A stretch of DNA of 64,000 bases from Squalus acanthias. Its lineage: Eukaryota. The translations under genes were made by a program, and so were the position numbers. Numbering within the stretch: the first letter of the stretch is position 1; each line of letters opens with the position of its first letter. The DNA lies in contig CM059442.1 in NCBI GenBank assembly GCA_030390025.1, positions 22,754,001 to 22,818,000 on the forward strand. Direction: 5' to 3'. The notes under the pieces are model-generated. The model did no database searches. It was not told the origin of the DNA and saw nothing but the letters and a program-made list of their open reading frames with translations. This document shows, piece by piece, positions 50,571 to 63,807 of the stretch.

Positions 50571-50759
50571 ACTAATGGGCCTCCTCTCTTTTTCCTGACT
50601 GTTGCACCCAGGCAACAGGCATTCTCTGCAGGCAAAACTCAGGAATATCAGCCCTGTATGTCAGACATTTGAAAAAGTCAAGGACAAGAAAAGGCCACTT
50701 GGCCCATCAAAACTCACCTCTCTACTACCTTAGCTCTCCCATCTCTCTCTGGCCTTTTG

Positions 50760-51030
50760 TGCATCCTTCTCCTTCCTTCGCCACACCATTGACAGCTGGT
50801 CCTGCAGCCATCCAGGCCCCATGCTCTAGAATTCCCTCCTCAAACCCCTCTGCCTCTTCACCTCCCCTTCTTTCTTTTAAACCCTCCTTAAAAGCCATCT
50901 CTAGCTTTTGTCACCCCTCCTAATATCTCCTGCTTTGTTTCAGCATCCATTTTTATCTGATTACACCTCTGTGACACATCTTGAGATGATTTTCTAAGTT
51001 AATACGCTAAATAAATGCAAGTTGTTGTTG
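50760..51030 (+). mobile_element. L2-like LINE 3' end, decayed
   Basis: ccaccattg...ctctagaattccctcc...aaataaatgcaagttgttgttg tail. Confidence 0.6.
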
Positions 51031-52874
51031 TATTGCAGCATTCAGCTGTATCTTGAACATTCCTAATGTTTTTACCTTCTACTACCCTGCCTGGCAAACT
51101 TCTTCATAATCTTAATTTGAAAACCAATTCTCCTCATTTAAGTTTATGTTCACTGACCCTATTTTCCTTGCTTAATTTAAAGTAATTCTGAGTTTACGCT
51201 ATCGATATACTATTTAATATTTTGCGTACATCATTGGCGTCCTCCGTACAGGACCTTCATTAATCATAGAGGTCAACAAAATTATTTACTACATATAAAA
51301 ACTATTAGATGCCTTATATAAATTTCATAATATTCCATAGGTCGACATTGCTGCTCTAAATTTATATTGAACAAGTATTTATTGTGTCCACGCCACCATC
51401 TCCCGTTAGCCTACAAATCATGCTATCCTCCGAGGGTGAAATTTTCCATTCTGCAAGCACCACCAAGGTTGCAAGAAATAATCATCCTTGGCACCCCATG
51501 GCGGTCTGTTCAAGTTCTCAAGCACTACCACTTTTATCTTCATTACCCTAGAAAATTCAGCTCAGCCTCTAGAAAGTCTTTGGGACAGGAGGTTTTTTAG
51601 GAATAGGTGTCGATTGATGTGATCAAATACTCCATAGGAATGGTCCACTACTCTTGCAGCCAGGAAGAAAGGGACATTGGGGAGGATGAGTGATCTGGAC
51701 TTATCCTTGATTACCCTTTGGGAATCAGCACTTTTTACGTGGAACTACCCTTCAGGACATTGAGTTTGTGAGTTGAAGCCTATGACTGGGGTTGAATAAT
51801 TAGTCTATGGAAGGAGTGGGCTTGATTGCTCAAATGGCTTCTTGATGCAATTTTCTTATGACTTAGTGAATGTCAGCCAAAACTGGAAACTTGAAAGCGG
51901 TTCTCCAAATCAAGTATAATTCTCCAATACTGCAGCTACTATGCAAAACCATTTTCTTAATATTTCACAAGACATTGCTTTCTGGTGCCAAAAATCAACA
52001 GAGTATGTGCAGAGACCTTCATCACTGCAAAAGCCTAAATTTAAATGTTAAGTTTTTTTATAAAATGCCTCTGAATGACTTTGATGCACTCACTGTATAG
52101 TTTTCCATTGCAGTTTTCGACCTTGGTTCAGACAATAAAACTTGACATTTTGCAGCATTCTGAAGATTAAATACACTGTGAATGTTCAATAAAAAATGTA
52201 ACAACTTTTCTAAAAAAAAAATACACGACTTAGTTCAAACAGAAAAGGTTGAACCCTGTGGTGCTATGTCTGGAAAAGCAATTCGAAAAGTAAAAATCTT
52301 TCAGTTTTCTACAATTAAAATAACATAATATTTCACAAGATATATATGACTATGGGAAATGTTTTCTTGTGCTGAAAAGCAGTTAGGGACCCATTTATTT
52401 GAAGTGTTAGGAGACTGTTGCTAACACAAACAGAGGGTTGATCTCAAATGTTTTTACATAAATCTTTGCAGGGTACACACTTTACATTAGGATGTGTAAA
52501 CCACATGCATATAACTAATACATCAAAGAATTGATGAGCGTTAGATTCTATTGATTAAAACCTATAATTGGAAAACTTTTATTTTTATATAAGAACTGAC
52601 AGCTTGTTGAGTCGTCCTGATTAAAACTTTGGTGACTTTTGAGATCATTCTTTCACAATCTGTTTCCTATTGCTAATATTATTGTATTTTCAAATATAAT
52701 TTGGTTTACTTTATACATATTTTAGTGCATTTATATTTCAAAGGAATTGCAGTTTTTAATGGATTTACATGTCCCTAGAAATATGACCAGCAAACAATGA
52801 GACTGTAAGGCATAGATCTTTTCCCTGATTATTGGGACATTTAGTGGCATAGTTAGGATCTGGATAGCTTGACT

Positions 52875-54264
52875 TAGGAACATAGGAATACAGGAACATA
52901 AGAACAGGAGTAGGCCATTCTGCCCCTCGAGCCTGTTCCGCCATTCCGCCATGGCTGATCTGTGATCTAACTCCATATACCTGCCTTTGGCCCATATCCC
53001 TGAATACCTTTGGTTAACAAAAGGTTATCAACCTCCGATTTAAAATTAACAATTGATCTAGCATCAATTGCCGTTTGTGGAAGAGAGTTCCAAACTTCTA
53101 CTACCCTTTGTGTGTAGAAGTGTTTCCTAATTTCACTCCTGAAAGGTCTGGCTCTAATTTTTAGACTATGCCCCCTAGTCCTAGAATCCCCAACGAGTGG
53201 GAATAGTTTCTCTCTATCTACCCTATCTGCTCCTCTTAATGTCTTGAAAACTTCAATCAGATCACCCCTTAACCTTCTAAATTCTGGGAATACAACCCTA
53301 ATTTGTGTAATCTCTCCTCGTGACTTAACCATTGAAGTCCGGGTATCATTCTGGTAAACCTACGCTGCACTCCCTCCAAGGCCGATATATCCTTCCTAAG
53401 GTGTGGTGCCCAGAACTGCTCACAGTACTCCAGGTGTGGTCTAACCAGGGTTTTGTATAGCTGCAGCATAACTTCTACCCCCTTTTATTCTAGTCCTCCA
53501 GATATAAAGTCCAGCATCCCATCAGCCTTTTTGATTATTTTCTGTACCTGTTCATGACATTTTAATGATCTATGTACCTGGACCCCCAAGTCTCTTTGGA
53601 CATCCACTGTTTTTATCTTTTCACCATTTAGTAAGTACCCTGTTCTATCCTTTTTAGGTCCAAAGTGGATGACCTCACATTTGCTTACTTTGAAATCCAT
53701 TTGCCACAGTTTTGCCCATTCACTTAATCTATCAATATCCCTTTGTAATTTTATGCTTTCATCTACACTGCTTACAATACCGCCTATCTTTGATGCATCA
53801 GCAAATTTGGATATATGACTTTCTATGCCATCATCTAAGTCGTTAATAAATATTGTGAATAGTTGAGGCCCCAACACAGATGCCTGCGGGACACCACTAC
53901 TCACATCCTGCCAATTTGAGTATCTGCCCATTATCCCTACTCTCTGTCTCCTGCCACTCAGCCAATTTCCTAACCAGGTCAATAATTTGCCCTCAATTCC
54001 GTGGGCTTCTACCTTAGTTAACAGTCTCTTATGCAGGACTTTATCAAATGCCTTCTGGAAGTCCATATAAATAACATCCATAGACATTCCCCTGTCCACT
54101 ACTTTAGTCAGCTCTTCAAAAAATTCAATCAGGTTTGTCAGGCATGACCTACCTTTCACAAATCCATGCTGGCTCTCTCTGATCAACTGAAAATTTTTGA
54201 GGTATTCAGTCACCCTATCCTTAATTATAGATTCTAGCAATTTCCCCACAACAGATGTTAGGCT
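52875..54264 (-). mobile_element. CR1-clade LINE with reverse transcriptase domain; 5' truncated, frameshifted and inactive
   Basis: QHGFVKGRSCLTNL, YMDFQKAFDKV, GVPQASVLGP and KFADASK (catalytic FADD altered); ORF2 is split over 53485..54315, 53269..53469 and 52967..53332. Confidence 0.97.
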
Positions 54265-54654
54265 AAAATAATCTAATTTAGACTTATCTATAGATACCCA
54301 GGTTAAACCATTCATTGCTATTGGTGCCTAAATCTGATTGTTATGCCATTGCTGCAATCCTATAATTAGAACTTAATACTGGCAATGGGTCAACATATGG
54401 TGTTTTCACCTGTGTGGGATTTAGACTCAAGTGCAGTCCAGGCTGATAGGATAAAGGTCTCATCTTCTTTTGGTTATAATGGCCCTATGAAAAATGAGTT
54501 CTCAGTTCCTAATGAGCATTAGTCCACAGCACAATTTTGCCATAATATGGCCATTGCACTTAGATTGGCCGTAAGAAAGCTGGTTTGAGAAATGGAAAAT
54601 ATAATCAGAGTGGGTGTAAAAGAGGTTTACCAAGTCTGCTTTAACGCTCATTTA

Positions 54655-54945
54655 AAAAAATTTGTTTATGGGATGTGGGCGTCGCTGGCAAGGCCGGCAT
54701 TTATTGCCCATCCCTAATTGCCCTTGAGAAGGTGGTGGTGAGCCGCCATCTTGAACCGCTGCAGTCCGTGTGGTGAAGGTACTCCCACAGTGCTGTGAGG
54801 GAGGGAGCTCCAGGATTTTGACCCAGCGATGATGAAGGATCGGCGATATACTTCTAAGTCAGAATGGTGTGTGACTTGGAGGAGAACTTGGAGGTGGTGG
54901 TGTTCCCATGCGCCTGCTGCCCTTGTCCTTCTAGGTCGAAGAGGT
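54655..54945 (-). mobile_element. 3' end of a second CR1-clade LINE family
   Basis: RRSFIIAGSKSWSSLP...PHGLQRFKMAAHHHLLKGN* followed by a gggatgggcaataaatgc..gccttgccagcgacgcccacatccc tail. Confidence 0.85.
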
Positions 54946-55863
54946 AGAATGTTAACATTGTTAAGCATTGTTAAGTGTAGAATGAAGGGAGCTTTACTCT
55001 GCTTTAACAGACTTAGTAGTAACACATGAGCAAAGTGTGTTTTACTAGAACATACTGAGTGAAAGAACATTGATTAATAGGGCTCAATTTTCAGCCATAC
55101 AGTGGCACAAGGCATGAGGACGCAGAAAAAAAAGTAGAACATTTGTAAAAAAACGTATTAATGCATCATTCAAAACATGAATTACGCTTTTGATAGCTGT
55201 CCAATTAATTTCTGGTAAGCATTTGTGGGACTGTATGCCAATCTATCCAGAAGCACTTTTATCAAGATTCCATTTTAGGTTTGATTGCTTGTAATGTGAG
55301 TATTTTATGAGTTCTATGGATTTATTTATCAATGAGAGCACTGAAAAAGCAAAAATCTTTACCCAAAGGCAACATTGAAAATCATTAACCAAGTTAAAAT
55401 AAAAGACACCCAAATATTAAAGTTACTTAAATCAGTGTCTCCAACTAGAATTGAAAATAATGCAAGAACTCATTTATTATGCATCATTCTCTTCGAACTT
55501 CAAAGACCCAAATCAGCCGTGGATTCTGACACTGAATATAACATTTGCATACTTATTTAAAGCACCAGGTACAGATTCCGAGGGATCAGGGGAGCACCGT
55601 GGTAGTGGCACAGCAAAACTGTATGTAAGTGAAATTTAATAGGGTAAGGGGAGTGTCATACTCGAAGGACAAAAATTCTTTGGAAAGCTTCAGGATATAT
55701 CCCAATCCATCAGCAGCCTTTACCAAGTCTGAAGAGGCAGGGGATTAAGAAGACATAAATGGAAAGAAAGGGATGAGTTTGAACAAGGTGACGGAGCAGC
55801 CCACCAACCCCCCTGTTGATGTCTGCTTCTAAGCCTTGCTGTGATGAGAATGATTTGCAATTA

Positions 55864-56299
55864 GGTGTCAGCCTTGGCTCAGTGGTAGCAATATCGCATC
55901 TGAGTCAAACCCCATTCTCAAGTCTTGAGCACATAATCTAGGCTGACACTTACTTCAGTGTAGCAGTGAGGGATTGCTGCACTGTCAGAGAGCCGCTGTC
56001 TATTGGATCAGGTGTTACACCTCAGTTGAATGTAAAAGATCCTATGACACTCTTCATAGAAGAGCAGGGGAATTTTCCTGGTGTTCTGGCCAATATTTAT
56101 CCCTCAACCAGCATCACTGAATCAGGTTATCTAGTTATTAATCTCATTGCTGTGTGTGGGACCTTGTGTGCAAATTAACTTCCATGTTTCCTCACATTAC
56201 AACAGTGATTACACTTCAAAAGTGCCTCATTGACTGTGAAGCACTTTGGGATGTCCTGAACTTGTGAAAGGCACCATATAAATGCAAGTTCTTTCTTTC
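55864..56299 (+). mobile_element. Deu-domain SINE, near full length
   Basis: tRNA-like head gtgtcagccttggctcagtggtagca; body homologous to 12486-12806. Confidence 0.85.
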
Positions 56300-56502
56300 A
56301 ATGGAAAATAAATTCATAATATGAGGTGTTGCATGATATACTAGTAAGAACTTTTTTCTGTTATCTCTCAAGACCTTGGGGTCAGATGTTCTTAATTATT
56401 ACATTGCCCTCCAGAACCATTGATGGCAGCAATGAATTTCTCAATTTGAATTCTATCAGCTGACATACTCTAAAAAGAGAAGATCCTATGAATGGATCCA
56501 AG

Positions 56503-56680
56503 GTATAAGAACATAAGAAATAGAAGCAGGAGTAGGCCATTCGGCCCCTCGAGCCTGCCCCACCATTCAATAAGATTATGGCTGATCTGATCTTGGCCTC
56601 AACACCACTTTCCCGCCCACTCCCCATAACCCTTGACTCCCCAGTAGCTCAAATATATGTCAATCTCCGCCTTGAATATG
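56503..56680 (-). mobile_element. CR1 3' tail
   Basis: ataagaacataagaaatagaagcaggagtaggccattcggcccctcgagcctg. Confidence 0.88.
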
Positions 56681-57242
56681 TCAGGGTGTTCAAGAGGTGC
56701 GCCGTGCCCTCCTACTGGCATCTACAGACCTGTCGATGGGAAATTACTTTGCTTTGGCAGACTTTGTGTTGGTAGACGCTTCTTTTCCCAAAGGTTGTCC
56801 TCTGTGCAACCCAGTGGTGCCATCCTCATTGGTTAGCATTTCAGCATGTCTGCAAAGAATTGCAGCCAAGGTTCAGGCTACAGCTGACCATTACTGTGCC
56901 TGCATGTGCTAGCCCTATGCTACGTGGTAGCCAGAGGTATCCTTGCACTAAATGGAACAGCTCTGCATCTGAATCTGCTTACCCAAACCCTGAGACTTGG
57001 CAGCACCAGGCAAGTGTCACAGTGCCTGTGGAAATAGTCGGTATCTTGGCAGGTATGGATAATCAGCCAACCCTGGCATGCCTTCTTTCATGCAATAGCA
57101 CGTAAAGCATGATGTACTATGATTTGAGTGCTCCTGAAGAAGCTTCCACCATAATGGTTAGTCAGTCATCACCTGCCTTAGTCACAAACAGGCGAATGCT
57201 GATGCAGCTTCCTTTGGGGAAGGAGGTGTCCACCAACACAAA

Positions 57243-57969
57243 GGGGGAGAAATTCCCCTGGAGGGCCATTTGGGGCCCCAAGTCAAAAATGTTTGAAAAG
57301 TTAGTGCCAGGCACTAACCTTTTCAAACATTCGAGAAATTCCCATTTTTTGCTCCAAGTGGGAAGTGGAGCGCTAAATCAAACATTCCACTTGCCTCTTG
57401 GAGTCCTGATCCGGGGCGAAGTGCTCAGCAGCGCCACGTGTGGCCAGGCGTGGCACTGCCGCGTTGCTGGGGCGCTTCCCTGCATTGAAGGGAAGGGCTC
57501 CCCGCCACGAGCTCTGCATTTTTTTTGGCATCTGCTGGAGCACCGGGGTGTGGGAGTGCCGCGCGATCAGCTGACCGATCGCGGCACGCAGCCCGCGTCC
57601 GATGCTCAGAAAATATATATTTTTAAATTGCCGATTTTCTTCATGTCGGCCGGCCACCGTGCCATTACACGTTGCCCCGCGAGCGGCCGGCCTCACTGTT
57701 TGCGATCCCTGTAGCAGTCGGTAACATCGCCCTGGCGCTGCTGCGGGGCGCGAGGGGGAATTTTTCTCCCGAGGTGCTACCGGGGTGCTGCGCCTGGAGA
57801 TGATGTCATGATCTCTGGGCACAAGAGATCAGGGCGGTACCCGGTAGCGTCGCCGCTAACCTCCCATGGAATTTCATGGGAGGTGGTTAGCGCCTCGGGG
57901 TGGGGGGGGAGCTATTTGCGCCCTGTTAGCACCTCTCAACGGAGGCGCCAACGATGGGAATTTCACCCC
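57243..57969. mobile_element. GC-rich MITE related to 4135-4659
   Basis: TIRs GGGGAGAAATTCCC / GGGAATTTCACCCC; many ttagcgcc/gcgctaa motifs. Confidence 0.78.
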
Positions 57970-58554
57970 ACTGTCTGCCAAAGCAAAGCAATTTCCCATC
58001 TGCAGGTATGTACATGCAAGTAGGAGGGCGCGGTGCATCTCTTGGGCTCCCTGACCTACTCTGGATTTCCTATTTTTTTAGAGCATGTCAGCTCACAGAA
58101 TTCCCATTGAGAAACCCATTGGTGCCAGAATCCATTGGCATGCACAATGCACGGAAATCCTGCAGAACTGATTTCTGCCACATTTTATTGCTCTGTCGTG
58201 TTGTATCTTCGTAAGTTTACAAAGCATACCGGAGTCTAAAATTCGCCCTAAAATCAGCCTTCTTTCTCTAATATTTCTCTTCGATATGCCGCCTCTCCAA
58301 CTCCTTTATTAATTAACATTCATCAACAGTGAGATCAGACAAAATGTTGGAATATCAATTTCTAGAAACCATGGACACTGGCACACAAATATTGAAATGC
58401 ATACAATTGATCCACAATTGCATTTGTTCAGCTGGTACTCAAAATGAAGGCACATGTGAGCTAATCAAAGCATCTTTCCTGCTGAAGGTTTCTTGCGTAT
58501 CAGCTCCCCATCTTTAACAGGTATCAAGAATCATTAAGAGATCTATATTCTGCA

Positions 58555-58840
58555 GGAATAGAATTACATCGAATTTACAGCACAGTAACAGGCCATTCGG
58601 CCCAACTGGTCTATGCAGCTGTTTATGCTCCACACGAGACTCCTCCCAGCCCACTTCATCTCACCCTATCAGCATAACCTTCTATTCCTTACTTTTTGAG
58701 CTTCCCTTTAAATGCATCTATTCTATTCGTCGCAACCACTCCCTGTGGTAACAAGTTCCACATCACTCTCTGAGTAAAGAAGTTTCTCCTGAATTCCATA
58801 TTGGATTTATTAGTGACTATCTTACATTTATGACCACTAA
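58555..58840 (-). mobile_element. CR1 3' fragment
   Basis: Reverse complement of the family seen at 93-475 and 10735-11740. Confidence 0.88.
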
Positions 58841-59089
58841 TATTCAGAATAGCATTACCGCTGTGACATCATTCAACAAATGCAGCTGCTGACACCTGGG
58901 TACATCAATTAGCAACTGCAATCCCCAATTCCCCCCACAGAAATTCTAACTGGCCTGGAGCCAAATGACATCCTGGATTTAACAAGCTAGGTCATTGTTT
59001 GAATTTGGTTGTATCAGATGCTAAAAGTTTAAGAGTAGGTCAGAAATGGGAGGGATCAGACGGGTGAAATGCGAGGCAGACTAAGATGG

Positions 59090-59654
59090 GTTTTTGAGTG
59101 CATGTGTGTATTTGCACAGAGTGTGGTAAATAAGGTTGCTGAGCTGCAGGCACAAATTGCCACATGCGATTATGATATAGTGGCAATAACAGAGACCTGT
59201 CTCAAACAAGGGGAAGATTGGTAACTTAATATTCCTGCCTACAAAGTATTCAGGCAAGATAGGGAAGGCAAAAAAGGCAGGGGATGGCAGTATTGATCAA
59301 AGATGCTGTTACGGTATTGAACAGTAATGATGTACTTAAGGGTTCAAAGACAGAATCTATTTGATTAGAATTAAGGAACAACAGAGGGGATATTACGCTG
59401 CTGGGTGTATATTATAGGCCACCAAATAGTGGGAAGGAGATAGAGAACCAAAATTGTAGGCAAATTGCCGAAAGATACAAGATCTATAGAGCAATGATAA
59501 TGGCGGACTTCAAGTATCCTAATATAGACTGGGAAAATACTTGAAGGGAAAAAAAATTACAGTGTTATGGGGAAAGGGCAGGGGATAGGGACTAATTGGA
59601 TAACTCATGATGGGCCGAATGGCCTCCTTCTGTGCTGTGTCATTCTATGATTCT
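59090..59654 (+). mobile_element. CR1 endonuclease-domain fragment joined directly to a CR1 3' tail
   Basis: DYDIVAITET, LNIPAYKVFRQDR, LGVYYRPPNS and ADFKYPNIDW (with stop and frameshift), then the tail ending ttctatgattct. Confidence 0.85.
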
Positions 59655-60229
59655 GGATGAAACCCTAATAGGACATACATTGAATTTTGAATGCACCATC
59701 CATAACTTTTCAATGCCAAGATTACCCTCAGCAACACTGTAATGGTTGCACCTAGTATTGCATAATACCCTCCCATTTAACTACTTGCTGGTCACTCTTT
59801 CCAGTCATACACAGACTTGGCTACCTCGCAAAATCCCTAGCATTACCTGGATTATTGACAGCGTTTTATCCACATTTAAAGACATAATGCATGATTGTAT
59901 TCAGAATTTTAGCTAATTCATATGTAATAAACTTTAACTGCAGATGTTTCACAGGACTGGAAATTCTTATCCACAAACATAAAACAGAAGAAGCCAGCTA
60001 TCATTCCTTTTACCAAATGGCTCAGTTAAATCACCATGTAAAACATGGATATCAGCCTATGTATATGTAAACTGCTATAGAGCCTGTGCCGCAAATCTAG
60101 AAAAAACGTCTATACATCATTCTGGTGTCTCATCAAACCGTGTTCCCTGAAATCCCCAGGCCCAACTCTACTTTAATGAGAATTGTACATAACCGCAAGA
60201 GAAGGAAGGCAAACTCCAATAAACAATAA

Positions 60230-61073
60230 GGGCTGGATTTTGAAACTGGGGACGGGATGGAGGCGGGACTCCCACTTTTTGGGTTGTAGTCCCGCCTCCA
60301 ACGACTTGTGGCCAACCCACTGTATTTTCACTTGATTGACCTTGTTAAGCCCGCCCAGCGAGCTCAGCAGGCCAATTAAGGGCCACCCGGCAACAGGTGA
60401 CGTCACAGATTGACATTTCATCTGTCAAAAGCTTTTGACAGATGAAATATCAGCGTTTGACAGCTCTGTGAAGCTGTCAAACACTGACAATCTGTACTCT
60501 AAGTTAATTCCTTCCTCTCAGGCTGATTTAGAGATCTCTGCAGAACAAAAAGCAGAGGCTGCAGCTTTTGACAGCTGAACGGCCATTCTGCTTTCTGTGC
60601 CGGTGAGATTTCTGACTCCCAAGACCTGAAGGGCTGACACCTGCAGGAGGAAGTTAAGGTAAGTAAAACTTTTTTCCACACTTTACACTTACCTTACACA
60701 CTTACCTCTGCACACATGCACCCATCACTCACCTGCCCACCAGACATATCGACCCCTCCAACCCCTGCAGACCCACGGTCCGCCTCGCTGAAATGCCGTG
60801 GTTGGGACCTGTCGGAGAGCCCACATTTCAGGCATAAAAATAGGGATTAGGCAAAAAACTGCCTGTTAACTACCTGTTAACAGGCAGTTTATTGCCACTA
60901 ATCCCCTTCCCGCCTCAGGGAGGCGGGTCCCAGCACAGGTCGGGTACCCGCCTCCAGCGAAACTGGCATGGAGGTGGGTTGGGGGCGGGATGGGGTCGGG
61001 ACCCCCGATTCAGCTATTTTCAATCCAGTCCCGCCTCCAAACCTGCCTCCACGGCTCGATGAAAATTCTGCCC
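60230..61073. mobile_element. PIF/Harbinger-like MITE with TAA target duplication
   Basis: taa|GGGCTGGATTTT ... AAAATTCTGCCC|taa. Confidence 0.88.
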
Positions 61074-61840
61074 TAAGACCCTGATATTTCTCAGGGTTTT
61101 GTGTGCACTGTGGCCATTATTGAGGCAGGCTGAGGCTAAGGGAGGTGTAAATTTGAGCGGATTCCAGTTATACAGTTTTTTTCACCCTATTTAGGCAGTG
61201 CTGGGTTTCCTCAAGGTGTAGAGATGGGTACTTCTTACATCTGCCCAATTTGCTGGTGATTTCAGGGAAAGAGAAGGGAACGGCAGGATGATGTTACCCA
61301 GCAAAATTCTCACTGGTTCAGCTTCTGTTGCCCACGCCTGTGCAGGACGCCTGCATGAAATAGGGAAACAGTGCTTGCCAGGACTGCATGTTGGCAGAAG
61401 TGGGACCCACTGCATATTGAAAGGCTGGTCTCATTTCTGCAAAAGGGCCAGACTTTTTATGCATTGTCTCCACCACTAAAGTGATAAATCAATCCAAATG
61501 ATGGTACCTACAGTGGGGTGAAAAGAACTCTTCATCGAGACTTGGCATCCCTGTGCAGTGGTTTAGCTCCGCCATGAATTTCCTGCTCCACCCCCACCTA
61601 GCGGGCTCAGCAACTGTGCCACCATTGGCTTGGGCACTCACCCACGGTGTGGAACTGCCCATGACCCCAGACATTCAGAAGGGTTCAGACTGCCTGGGGT
61701 CAGAAGATGAGGTTCTGCTCCATCATGGTTACTGAGGTGGAGCGGAATTGATTGACTTTGGGGCTCTAGAGTTGAAATATATTCAGTTTTGGCATAAGCA
61801 GAGCACAGAGACTTTGTGAGCGACCCAAACCAGACACAAT

Positions 61841-62006
61841 GGGGGTAAAATTGATCCTCGGCATTAACGCAAGATCGGCGATAATGAATCAGCAAACCAT
61901 TTTACACCCCGCCTGATTTTCTGTTACATTGACTTCAACATGTGAAACGGGTTGCCGGTTTGTTATCATCTGTTTTTCCCTGCCACTAAAGACCAATTTC
62001 ACCTCC
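61841..62006. mobile_element. 166-bp MITE with AAT target duplication
   Basis: aat|GGGGGTAAAATTG ... CAATTTCACCTCC|aat. Confidence 0.78.
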
Positions 62007-62029
62007 AATATCATTAAAATGGCAAATCA

Positions 62030-62474
62030 GACATACATTTCTATAGCGCCTTTCACGACCACTGGACGTCTCAAAGCACTTTACAGCCAATGAAGTACTG
62101 TCACTGTTGTAATGTGGGAAATGCGGCAGCCAATTTGCGCACAGCAAGCTCCCACAAACAGCACTGTGATAATGACCAGATAATCTGTTTTTTGTTATGT
62201 TGATTGAGGGATAAATATTGGCCAGGACACTGGGGATAACTCCCCTGCTCTTCATCGAAATAGTGCCATGGGAACTTTTATGTCCAGCTGCGAGAGAAGA
62301 CAAGGCCTCGGTTTAAAATCTCATTCGAAAGACGGCACTTCCAACAGTGCAGCGCTCCCTCAGCACTGCACTGGAGTGTCAGCCTAACTTTATGAAGTCC
62401 CTGGAGTGGGACTATGAACCCACAACCTTCTGACTCAGAGGCAAGTGTGCTACCAACTGAGCCACAGCTGACAC
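62030..62474 (-). mobile_element. Deu-domain SINE, full length
   Basis: Reverse complement starts gtgtcagctgtggctcagttggtagc (A box) ... gggttcatagtccc (B box) and continues into the Deu body. Confidence 0.9.
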
Positions 62475-62486
62475 TAAACAGCAGAT

Positions 62487-62651
62487 AACAATAAACAACA
62501 GATGCAAACTGAAGACAATAACAACCAGTAAGTCAAAATCTGACACATTAACAGCCAACAAATCCAGACTTTACATTTTAACAACCAGCATAGCCAAGTT
62601 AGATAGAACAATAGCCAACAGACCGAATCAGGCATGATAATAACCAGCACA
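62487..62651. repeat. Degenerate 30-bp tandem repeat, about 5.5 copies
   Basis: aaYaRccaRca core every 30 nt; appears as CWLL every 10 aa in ORF 62474..62698. Confidence 0.7.
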
Positions 62652-63807
62652 ATTTTTTGTGTGATACTACTGGAAAGATCACTTATACTGCTGATCAACC
62701 ATATAGACAGAAGTATTTAGCCTGGCTGATGGAAAAATATTTACCACTTTCATAGCAGTCAGCTATGAAATCTTGGGTAAGATTGCAACCAAATTCAACC
62801 GTGAGAAAAGGACAGGTAATGATGATTTGCTAAAGTTTCCTTGGAGATACAGGTTTTATTATTCATATATGCATAGCAAACCACTTTTCTCTGACAGATG
62901 CTTTAGACAATGATCCTTTAAAAGAAAAAGATGCACCACCCTATTTGCCTGAAAGCTAAGCTTCAAGTGCAGATGTGTTCATAATAATCTTAAACCCGAC
63001 ATAAAGTTTCTCTAGGGAACTGATAACAGGATAAACTAGAACAAGCTTCAAGACAGTGAAACCCCTCTACATACATCAAGCGTTCGGTGCACTAAAATCA
63101 ATCACACAAGACCTGCATCATTAAACTTGAGTCAATGCATGACTATCAAATCATCTTGGTGGGTCATCACAATAAGGAACCATTCAGAATTTTTATGAAG
63201 TTATTAAAAAGGAGAAGCCTTTTACCAATACCAAAAATATACTAGAATAAAAGATGACAACAGATTTATACAGAAACACGGGTCAACCTCCGCTGGCATT
63301 GCACGTGGGAAGTCAAGACCAAGGCCCGAATATCCTCACTGCTGCGCCCGCTCTGCCGAAAGTTGCAGTTGAAATTTACCATAAAACAAGGTTAGAAATT
63401 TTTATTTACTTAACTAATATAATTCAAATAAGGATGTTTGCTTTATATTTTCTAATTCAACTTAGACAATGTTCCAAAGGGGAAAAAAGACTTGCAAAGC
63501 ACTAATTGACATTTTTCATTTGCAAAGATATTTTTAAAGCTCTTTGGCAAATGTACCTGAATGTGATTTTTGAAACAATGTAGCCAATTGACAAATCTTT
63601 ACGCGAGATAATACAGGATCATGCCACAGAAACAGTTAAGGAGTTGGGATATTGATCCCGTCGTGGAGTTACGAAATGAAGCAATAATCAAATCAAAGGG
63701 TTCAGTTTTATTTATTGGGAAGCTACGGTGAAAGGGCCAAGGCCCTTAGCACAGACCACCAGTAAGTTGTAGCAAGAGAGTTGAGGTAAGAAAAGAGTCA
63801 CTGTTTA

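Noticed and set aside
53485-54315. 276-aa RT ORF as an active or domesticated gene, or a retron-like system
   Set aside because: Ordinary CR1 ORF2 fragment: truncated, frameshifted, with an altered catalytic motif.
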